The notes beneath the pieces were generated by a model, which did no database searches, was not told the DNA's origin, and saw only the letters and a program-made list of their open reading frames with translations. Below are positions 8,163 to 15,236 of a stretch of DNA of 20,499 nt, piece after piece (positions within the stretch are counted from its first letter, which is position 1; each line of letters begins with the position of its first letter). Source of the stretch: a virus; the IMG/VR virus record IMGVR_UViG_3300028189_000067. The stretch is one strand, 5' to 3'. Position numbers and translations under genes: made by a program.

Positions 8163-8324
8163 AGGGCCTCCTGTAAAGCGAGGTTAATAATACACTCCAA
8201 TCTTCATCACGTAGACTTGGAGTAAGTTAGAGGTCACCACTATTGGTCAACCTCAATCACGCCATCCTTCTCCTTTGAAGAGATGATGACAGCGATGTTT
8301 TAAAACAGTCCAAAATAGACTGCT
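8163..8324 (-). promoter_or_regulatory. Structured hsp20 5' leader ending in a ROSE-like RNA thermometer hairpin (8167-8183)
   Basis: Last hairpin CCUCGCU-UUAC-AGGAGG pairs UCGCU, with a bulged G, against the SD. Upstream hairpins at 8194-8223, 8230-8254, about 8257-8296 and 8304-8324. Confidence 0.7.
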
Positions 8325-8433
8325 CAAGGAATCTGAAGTATAATTTCCAGTTTCTTTTACTATCAATTTATATTTAGTCTTCATAATCTTTTCATCAATT
8401 TGCCAATTACTATTATAGTATTTAGTCATAATA

Positions 8434-8467
8434 TAAAAAAAGTTAAAAGGGTGAGTTTAATCACCCT
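8434..8467 (-). terminator. Rho-independent terminator ending the gp62-regA-dut-membrane protein unit
   Basis: AGGGTGA-ttaaac-TCACCCT followed by TTTAACTTTTTTT. Confidence 0.8.
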
Positions 8468-8485
8468 CTGTCAGATTATGTATGA

Positions 8486-8707
8486 TTACTTTTTGGTATA
8501 AATTCCCCAAAGTACCCATACTGCGACTAGACCAACTAGGCCTTCGCTTCCGAGTGATTTAACTACCTCGGTAACTGATCCAATGACATCAATGCCAAGG
8601 AAAGGAACAGCTGCTCCAAAAAGAATTTGAAGAACCACGCCTAATGCGATTAACGCAAGACCAGCTTCTGTAAGACTGCGAATCCAGCCTGTTGCTTTTT
8701 CTAACAT
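8486..8707 (-). CDS. Small membrane protein, 73 aa, at least two hydrophobic helices (start revised to MLEKATGW)
   Basis: GGAG lies 7 nt before ATG 8707. Sequence LALIALGVVLQILFGAAVPFLGIDVIG...GLVGLVAVWVLWGIYTKK. Confidence 0.8.
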   Translation of the reverse strand: MLEKATGWIRSLTEAGLALIALGVVLQILFGAAVPFLGIDVIGSVTEVVKSLGSEGLVGLVAVWVLWGIYTKK

Positions 8708-8757
8708 AGGATTACTCCCTTTTTTTTGAATTATAGTTTTGGTCATATAACTAATTG

Positions 8758-9285
8758 TTATACGCCGGTTGAACCAAATCCACCTTCACGCTCGGTCTTC
8801 TGAACTGGTGGTTTTTTGATTTCGGTTAAACCATGATATATCTTTTTCACCAATTCAGCCTGACATACTCTATCTCCATTATTTATGGTCTTTGGAGCTT
8901 GAGATATGCTAGTCATCATAACGAAAATAGGATTTACATAGTCAGAATCTATTATACCTTCACTATTTGTTAAGTATAACCCATCGTTCCAAGCCAAACC
9001 TGACCTAGAATGAAGTCTAACTGAGTAACCTTCTGGAATATCAAAAATCAATCCAGTAGGAATCATTACTCGTTCCATGTTATTTATTTGAAGAACTCCG
9101 TTCTTGAATGGTTTTTCGATTACTCTATTTAGAGTATCTTGACGGATTTGATATTTTTCTACTCCGTCAAAACACGCGTGAATATCGAAACATGCTGAAC
9201 CCTCTGTTGCATAAATGGGGTCTTTAGCATTCGGATGTAATTTATAAAATTTTAATATTTCATTCTTGGTTGTTTTGGTCGCCAT
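8758..9285 (-). CDS. dut: Trimeric dUTPase (start revised to MATKTTK)
   Basis: ATEGSACFDI, HSRSGLA, EGIIDSDY, GDRVCQ, REGGFGSTG (motifs I-V). Confidence 0.95.
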   Translation of the reverse strand: MATKTTKNEILKFYKLHPNAKDPIYATEGSACFDIHACFDGVEKYQIRQDTLNRVIEKPFKNGVLQINNMERVMIPTGLIFDIPEGYSVRLHSRSGLAWNDGLYLTNSEGIIDSDYVNPIFVMMTSISQAPKTINNGDRVCQAELVKKIYHGLTEIKKPPVQKTEREGGFGSTGV

Positions 9286-9688
9286 CTTCAGTCCTTTTAC
9301 TTCCAATATTATATTTTGCTGTAAGATCCCATTGGTCTTTTTCTTTAAAAGATAGGATCTTTAGTTGATTCAATGGAACAACTAATTCACTTGAAGAGTC
9401 TGGATTCACTAGTGCAATTAAGCCCCATTCCGATAAAAGATTTGCTATTGTATTACGTCTTGCTTGGTCGTTTTCTGAGAAGTTGGTTGGTTTACCATCA
9501 AGTGCAAATAATTCTTTAAAATGTACGATATAGTATCTACCCTGTTTATGTAGTATGTGACAAGATTGATATATTATTTTGTCTTTTCGGGAAGCTACCC
9601 CGATTCTAGTAAGTGTTTCACGCACCTTGAGAAAATCATCTGGATTTTCCAGAGTGCACTCCACCATGTTCTCTGTTCCTGTTGTCAT
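9260..9688 (-). CDS. regA: Translational repressor RegA (start revised to MTTGTEN)
   Basis: PDDFLKVRETLTRIGVASRK...QSCHILHKQGRYYIVHFKELFALDG is the T4 RegA signature. GGAG SD precedes ATG 9688. Confidence 0.95.
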   Translation of the reverse strand: MTTGTENMVECTLENPDDFLKVRETLTRIGVASRKDKIIYQSCHILHKQGRYYIVHFKELFALDGKPTNFSENDQARRNTIANLLSEWGLIALVNPDSSSELVVPLNQLKILSFKEKDQWDLTAKYNIGSKRTEDGDQNNQE

Positions 9689-10064
9689 TTTCCACTCCAC
9701 CTTGATTCAGTTTATCTATGATATAAGCCAACTGATCCTCGGAGAGTATTCTTAGAGCATCTTTGGCTTTCTCATAACTAAATCCATAATACTCTTTCAC
9801 CAATTCAACATTCTGTAGTTTCTCTGGTTTCAGCCACTTACTATACCTTCGTTTCTTTCTAATATTATTTATAAGATAGTCAAACTGAAGTCGGCTGTCA
9901 AGGTGGTGGTTGCGATTCATCTCATTTACTTGAAATATGGTGTCCATAAAGAAAGATAGACCGCGATTAACGATAAAAGGTGAATACTTCCTCTCATCTT
10001 GAGGAGTAAGCATTACATTCTCTTTGGTTTCGTTAATTGATTTTAGGTAATCAAATGGACTCAT
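9636..10064 (-). CDS. 62: Clamp loader small subunit, gp62-like
   Basis: PFDYLKSIN...YSPFIVNRGLS...KRRYSKWLK...VKEYYGFSYEKAKDAL. Directly precedes regA as in T4. Confidence 0.9.
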   Translation of the reverse strand: MSPFDYLKSINETKENVMLTPQDERKYSPFIVNRGLSFFMDTIFQVNEMNRNHHLDSRLQFDYLINNIRKKRRYSKWLKPEKLQNVELVKEYYGFSYEKAKDALRILSEDQLAYIIDKLNQGGVENDNRNREHGGVHSGKSR

Positions 10065-10070
10065 AATACT

Positions 10071-10098
10071 ATTATACCATATTAAAGTGTTTTGTCAA
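10071..10098 (-). promoter_or_regulatory. Sigma70-type promoter P4 for gp62 (TTGACA-N16-TATAAT, TGn)
   Basis: TTGACAaaacactttaatatggTATAATagtattATG. Confidence 0.8.
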
Positions 10099-10111
10099 GT
10101 TTTTTATCCAC

Positions 10112-11047
10112 TTATTTTTCAATAAAATCTTTCAAGTTTGACACTACGGATTCACTAATACGTTTTTCGGATAAAGCAGCATACTCTGGATTTAATTCAC
10201 ACCCAATGTATTTTCTTCCATTATTACGAGCAACAACAGCTGTCGTTCCACTTCCCATAAATGGGTCAATCACAATTCCATTCGGTGGGCAAGTAGAGAG
10301 TATCGGTCTTTCAATTAGTTCTGGTGGATACACAGCAAAATGTGCACCCTTGTAAGATGAACCAGAAATATCCCACACGCTGAACATCGGTCTACTTGGG
10401 CATTTGCCAGAAGCAATCAGTTCATCATAATTGAAATCTTTTTCAATATCCAAAGACTCTCTCATTTTAGCATAGTGTTGGTCTTGTCTTTTAGAACTCA
10501 AAGAGAATCCTTCTTTCTCTACAGTGTCAACATCTTTTCTTTTCTCAAGATGATTAGTAGAGAACATTCTACGAATAGTCACTTCTGCTTGAGGAACTTG
10601 AATTGGTTTTCTGTCAAAATAGTAACCTTTTGTTTTCTTCACAAACCAGAAAATCTTTTCGTGATTAGACCAAAACCTATCTTTAGAAGATATGGGTTGA
10701 GGATTGGGTTTGTTCCAAATGATTTCGTTTCTCAGACTCCACCCAGCATCGCTCATAGCAATCTCAAATCTGGAAGGAACTTGTAACAATTTTTTGTCTG
10801 AATAAGTATCACCAATATTTACCCAGCACGAACCAGTAGGTTTCATAACTCTGTAAATTTCATTGAACACTTCAATCAGACCATCTACAAAATCAGTTAC
10901 AGTAGGTTCGGAACCAAGTTGATCATCATTCTTATAATCTCTTAGATTGTAATACGGTGGCGATGTGATACACATATCCACCGATTCATCGGGCAATGTT
11001 TTCAATGTTTCCACGTTGTCACCCACATAGATGTGATTTGTTTTCAT
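10112..11047 (-). CDS. Beta-class amino-methyltransferase (N4-C/N6-A), MTase-1
   Basis: Catalytic TSPPY near the N-terminus and SAM-binding DPFMGSGTT near the C-terminus (beta order). Confidence 0.93.
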   Translation of the reverse strand: MKTNHIYVGDNVETLKTLPDESVDMCITSPPYYNLRDYKNDDQLGSEPTVTDFVDGLIEVFNEIYRVMKPTGSCWVNIGDTYSDKKLLQVPSRFEIAMSDAGWSLRNEIIWNKPNPQPISSKDRFWSNHEKIFWFVKKTKGYYFDRKPIQVPQAEVTIRRMFSTNHLEKRKDVDTVEKEGFSLSSKRQDQHYAKMRESLDIEKDFNYDELIASGKCPSRPMFSVWDISGSSYKGAHFAVYPPELIERPILSTCPPNGIVIDPFMGSGTTAVVARNNGRKYIGCELNPEYAALSEKRISESVVSNLKDFIEK

Positions 11048-11050
11048 AGA

Positions 11051-11584
11051 TTAAGGTTTCAACTTATAGGTTTCAAAAGGAAATGTTTTAAAAAATCTAG
11101 TCTTACCAATAGCGGCTTTCTTATTAAGTACTCCACTACGATACAACTCCAATACTTCATCTGATGAGATCTCGTATAACTTAGGATTGGTACGAAGTCT
11201 ATCTCTCAGATCGACAAAGACATAAGAATCGATTGACTCAAGTTTATCAAGGAATGTAGACTCTTCAAAGAATCGACCTTTACCCCTCGCTGTAGAAGGA
11301 GCAAAAGAAATCTCTGCCGTGAGACATATGTTACGAACTTCAATTTTTTTACGAAGTCTATGAAATGCTACAACATCCCACTTCAACTGCTCACCCAAAA
11401 TACGTTTAGCGTTCAACTTGTTTGCTACCCACTGTTCACTAATTCCAGACAGGGTAGTTCCAGTAACACTTTCGACATATTCTTCAGCTGACACACCTAA
11501 CGCTTTAGCGATGGTATCTACGTCAACTTCTACTTCAGCAAAATCACTTATTCTATTTGTATTTTTCAATAATTCCATAATCAA
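11051..11584 (-). CDS. Putative PD-(D/E)xK restriction-like endonuclease
   Basis: SE(helix)...KWD-x10-IEVR fits a degenerate E...D...ExK/R core, and the gene is flanked by MTases. Function is inferred; the ORF itself is solid. Start may be 11578. Confidence 0.55.
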   Translation of the reverse strand: MIMELLKNTNRISDFAEVEVDVDTIAKALGVSAEEYVESVTGTTLSGISEQWVANKLNAKRILGEQLKWDVVAFHRLRKKIEVRNICLTAEISFAPSTARGKGRFFEESTFLDKLESIDSYVFVDLRDRLRTNPKLYEISSDEVLELYRSGVLNKKAAIGKTRFFKTFPFETYKLKP

Positions 11585-11599
11585 ATTTTATTTAATGTT

Positions 11600-11626
11600 A
11601 AAAATGGAAAGGGTCAATCCCTTTCC
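11600..11626 (-). terminator. Terminator-like hairpin between promoter P5 and the nuclease start
   Basis: GGAAAGGG-attga-CCCTTTCC followed by ATTTTT. Confidence 0.6.
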
Positions 11627-11642
11627 TTACTCTCTAACTATA

Positions 11643-11671
11643 ATTATACAGATTCGAGTAACCTTTGTCAA
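11643..11671 (-). promoter_or_regulatory. Sigma70-type promoter P5 (TTGACA-N17-TATAAT) upstream of the nuclease-like gene
   Basis: TTGACAaaggttactcgaatctgTATAAT. Confidence 0.8.
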
Positions 11672-11681
11672 GCCAAATCTT

Positions 11682-12698
11682 TTAATCTTTATAAAATGAT
11701 TCTAGTGTTTGTTCATTGGTTCTTTGATTTTCAATCTGTATATTCTCTTCTGTAATTTTGAAGAACTGCTCAGAAGCCTCAAATCCTATGTACTGCCTAC
11801 CTAGTTGAGATGCCCGAACTAATGTAGTTCCTGTACCCGAAAATGGATCAAGAACAACTCCACCTTCTGGACATCCTGCTATAATAGGTTTATCAATTAG
11901 TTCTGAATTATATGATGCAACGTGAGAAGAACTATTCCCTTTAGTTGGAATATTCCAGAAATCTGACACATCTCCTGGATTCTTGCCGTTCTTATTTAAA
12001 TGTGTTTCACCATTTTTCAACTTTTCATCCATATTATCATATCCAACATACTCTCTTTCCTTAGACATGGTATTCACTGGTTCACATGGTACGGTTCCTG
12101 AGTATTTATTCTTATTAGAACCGCGCATTGCTCTTTTGATCGAACCAATCATATGTTCTTCGCGAATACTATCAAGATCAAAATAATAACCAGTAGGGTT
12201 CTTTGTCATTAAAAATATGTATTCGTGTTTCTTTGAAAATCTATCACGAACTGGTTCAGGCATACCATTTCTCTTTGCCCAAATAATATCATTACGAATA
12301 GTCCATCCACGGTCATAACAACCAATTGCAAATCTATGAGGTATCAATAATAATGACTTAATTTTCATTGTTGGTTGTGATATCCTCATTTTACCCAAAT
12401 AATTACCAGACTTTGATGGTTTTTTCCAACCAGACGCCAATCCACCAGATTTAGTAGAATATGTATCACCAAGATTAATCCACACTGTTCCAGTATCCTT
12501 TAATACTCTATGAATTTCATCCATCATCTTCCATAGATTTTCAAGATACTCATGGAAAGTGGGTTCTAATCCCCATTGACCATCAAACCCATAATCCCTA
12601 AGTTGCCAGTATGGTGGTGAAGTTATAACACAATCAACTGACTCGGAATCTAACTTACCGAACCCTTCCATTATATCACAATTGAATATTTTATTCAT
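11682..12698 (-). CDS. Beta-class amino-methyltransferase (N4-C/N6-A), MTase-2
   Basis: TSPPYWQLRDY ... DPFSGTGTT. Same subfamily as MTase-1, with a different central target-recognition region. Confidence 0.93.
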   Translation of the reverse strand: MNKIFNCDIMEGFGKLDSESVDCVITSPPYWQLRDYGFDGQWGLEPTFHEYLENLWKMMDEIHRVLKDTGTVWINLGDTYSTKSGGLASGWKKPSKSGNYLGKMRISQPTMKIKSLLLIPHRFAIGCYDRGWTIRNDIIWAKRNGMPEPVRDRFSKKHEYIFLMTKNPTGYYFDLDSIREEHMIGSIKRAMRGSNKNKYSGTVPCEPVNTMSKEREYVGYDNMDEKLKNGETHLNKNGKNPGDVSDFWNIPTKGNSSSHVASYNSELIDKPIIAGCPEGGVVLDPFSGTGTTLVRASQLGRQYIGFEASEQFFKITEENIQIENQRTNEQTLESFYKD

Positions 12699-13504
12699 TA
12701 TTTTTTGATAATCAATAGTTCTGTACCTACAGACTGTTCTTTTTTAGCAGACGCCATACTCGCCTTTTTATAATCTTTTTTAACCCACTCGTACTTATCT
12801 TCTGGATACCATTTTTTCATCTCTGGAAATTCGTAGTAACTCAGAATCCAACGACTCCTACAGTGGTTCAACATATCAGCCAGTTCTTCGTGTTTCTCTT
12901 TCGTGAAGTTATGAAACGAGTAGAGATTTTCTGTTCCGTAATATGGGGGGTCTACATACAAACAAGTTCCAGAGCCATCAACTGACGGAATGAAATCTTC
13001 AAATGACTGAGATACTACTTTGATCTTTTCTAGTTTTTTCTGAACTTTTTCATTCTTGACTCTACCAGTAAAAGAATTATACTTTGAATTGTACTTCCCC
13101 TTGAGGTCAACGTATTTTACTTTCTCCGACATGATACCAGAAAAACATTGTGTGATAATATACACATACTTTGCAGCTAATTCAAAATCTGGCATATTAA
13201 TAATGTTACCAGAATTTATAACATCTAGAACATCACTCTTACAACGATTGAATTCTTCCGCACCTATTTGAGCAACGCGGGATTCTAGAAACGGAATAAA
13301 CTTCTCATACTCACTACAACAATACAAAAGATTTGCCATCTGAGTATTGAAATCATTATAGTGAACATCATCTGCGTTTACTTTCCCATTGACGTATACC
13401 CACATCGCACCACCAAATACTTCAGCGTATTTTTCATTATTATTTGGAACATATTTCGATATCCACTTTGCCTGTCTATACTTACCACCTATGTAAGAAA
13501 ACAT
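12698..13504 (-). CDS. Alpha-class (Dam-like, D12) N6-adenine methyltransferase
   Basis: FSYIGGK (motif X), EVFGGA (motif I), YVDPPYY (motif IV). Specificity not determinable from sequence. Confidence 0.9.
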   Translation of the reverse strand: MFSYIGGKYRQAKWISKYVPNNNEKYAEVFGGAMWVYVNGKVNADDVHYNDFNTQMANLLYCCSEYEKFIPFLESRVAQIGAEEFNRCKSDVLDVINSGNIINMPDFELAAKYVYIITQCFSGIMSEKVKYVDLKGKYNSKYNSFTGRVKNEKVQKKLEKIKVVSQSFEDFIPSVDGSGTCLYVDPPYYGTENLYSFHNFTKEKHEELADMLNHCRSRWILSYYEFPEMKKWYPEDKYEWVKKDYKKASMASAKKEQSVGTELLIIKK

Positions 13505-13580
13505 ATTATACCTTTTTATTCATTATTATTTTAGAGATTTACTTATGGTACATCTATTTCATTCATTAACAATTTATCAA

Positions 13581-14525
13581 TCATTTAAATGAACACTCGA
13601 CCATAATTTCCGTCAGACAAGCCACCATATTGATTTCTTGGTCTGCCACGAATGCCGACTTATACTGGTAGTCAGCGACAATTAACACAGCCTGAGGAAC
13701 AGACTGAGGTTTGAGATGTTGATGAAAATTATCATACAACTTGCGAAATAACTTAGCGGTGTCTTGATCCATGTTCTGGTTCACCCACTTGCGAACTTCA
13801 GAAAACTTTTTACCCCTCAATCCATTGACAAGTTCTGCAAGATTAATCTCATTAAGATTACTAAGTATGCCGGTATCAATTACACCCGAAACAGAATATC
13901 GTTGTAACTCATTTAACACTCTCCGAAAATCTGGAAAGTATTTCATAATGAGTTCAGCCAAAACTTTACGTTCAAACCTTACTTCTTCTTTCTCAAGAAT
14001 ACCTTCACATAATTTGAGATAGTTCTCAGCAATCTTTGGTTTCTCATTATTTGGAATTACAAAATCAAAGACAGCACAGCGAGAGTGAATGGGATCAATA
14101 ATACGACTACGATAATTACAAGTAAAAATAAAAGAGACATTATTTCCAAATCTTTCAATGAAACCTCTCAGTGCGGGTTGAACCGAATCAGCATTCATGT
14201 AGTCAGCTTCATCCATGATGATGGCTTTACGTTTGCCAGTCATGGAAACTGAACTACAGAATTGTGTTAAAGTAGTTCTTACAGTATCTATGTTCCTACC
14301 TTCATCAGAACCATTGACCATCAAATAGTCAAGACCAACTTCTTCACAAAGAGCTCTAGCAATAGTTGTCTTACCACTGCCGGGGCCACCACATAAAATT
14401 AAATTGGGAACTTTGCCTTGCTCCACATATTCAGAGAAGGGCTCTTGAAGATCACTAGGTAGGACACATTCAGATACTTTTGATGGGCGATACTTTGAAA
14501 CCCATAAAAAATCATCTCGTTGCAT
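13581..14525 (-). CDS. 44: Clamp loader large subunit (AAA+), gp44-like
   Basis: GGPGSGKT, MDEAD, SRC and FPDFRR motifs. Confidence 0.96.
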   Translation of the reverse strand: MQRDDFLWVSKYRPSKVSECVLPSDLQEPFSEYVEQGKVPNLILCGGPGSGKTTIARALCEEVGLDYLMVNGSDEGRNIDTVRTTLTQFCSSVSMTGKRKAIIMDEADYMNADSVQPALRGFIERFGNNVSFIFTCNYRSRIIDPIHSRCAVFDFVIPNNEKPKIAENYLKLCEGILEKEEVRFERKVLAELIMKYFPDFRRVLNELQRYSVSGVIDTGILSNLNEINLAELVNGLRGKKFSEVRKWVNQNMDQDTAKLFRKLYDNFHQHLKPQSVPQAVLIVADYQYKSAFVADQEINMVACLTEIMVECSFK

Positions 14526-15181
14526 TATCCTCCAAATGTTGAATCAGATTCGGTAGCAATATAATAATGAAGAGGTGTAGAGGTATGCGTAAACTTTGAA
14601 ATACCTTTAGAAGTAATTTCAACATTATAATCACCATTGAATAATTTAAGATTTTCAATCTTGAAAACCATATTAAAAGTCAAACTTGTTTCACCAAGTT
14701 CTGTAGTAAACTCATCAGAAGAAGAATTGTTAATATCAGTTGCAACAATAGTCATCTTACCACCTTTACTTTCAACACAAATATGAGGAAGACCAAGAAC
14801 AGCAGCTGCCTTAATTACTTGAGAGAAATCACCCCTACTCAAAGTAAAAGAAACTTCTGGATCTGGAAAAACCAAATCTTTTTCTGGTGGAGAAACAATC
14901 ATCGCTGGGTCAGCAAACATATAGTCTACCTTTCCACCAATCTTCATAGTCTTATCTCCAATTTCCAAATCTGGATCTTGAAACAAAGACATCACACCAA
15001 GCAGTTTGTTCAAATCATAAATCGCAAAGTCGCTTGGGAATGACTCTGGAATTTCTGCAGACACAAGAATGTTCTTCTGTGCAGAAATGGTTTGAATTCT
15101 ATTACCAGCCTTGAACTGAATATTCTGGTTTATTCCAGAAAAGTTTTTCAGTAAGGACACTGTTTGTTCACTTAATTTCAT
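14525..15181 (-). CDS. 45: Sliding clamp, gp45-like (start revised to MKLSEQ)
   Basis: MKLSxxTxxLLKNFSGINQ ... FAIYDLN signature. GGAG lies 6 nt before ATG 15181. Confidence 0.95.
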   Translation of the reverse strand: MKLSEQTVSLLKNFSGINQNIQFKAGNRIQTISAQKNILVSAEIPESFPSDFAIYDLNKLLGVMSLFQDPDLEIGDKTMKIGGKVDYMFADPAMIVSPPEKDLVFPDPEVSFTLSRGDFSQVIKAAAVLGLPHICVESKGGKMTIVATDINNSSSDEFTTELGETSLTFNMVFKIENLKLFNGDYNVEITSKGISKFTHTSTPLHYYIATESDSTFGG

Positions 15182-15208
15182 AGTATACTCCATTTAGTTT
15201 GTATAACC

Positions 15209-15236
15209 ATTATATCACAATATAGCATAATGTCAA
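15209..15236 (-). promoter_or_regulatory. Sigma70-type promoter P6 for gp45-gp44 (TTGACA-N16-TATAAT, TGn)
   Basis: TTGACAttatgctatattgtgaTATAAT. Confidence 0.8.

Noticed and set aside
9866-9873. TATAAATA inside gp62 as a late promoter for regA-dut
   Set aside because: It lies in coding sequence (L-I-N-N) of an AT-rich genome with no independent support.
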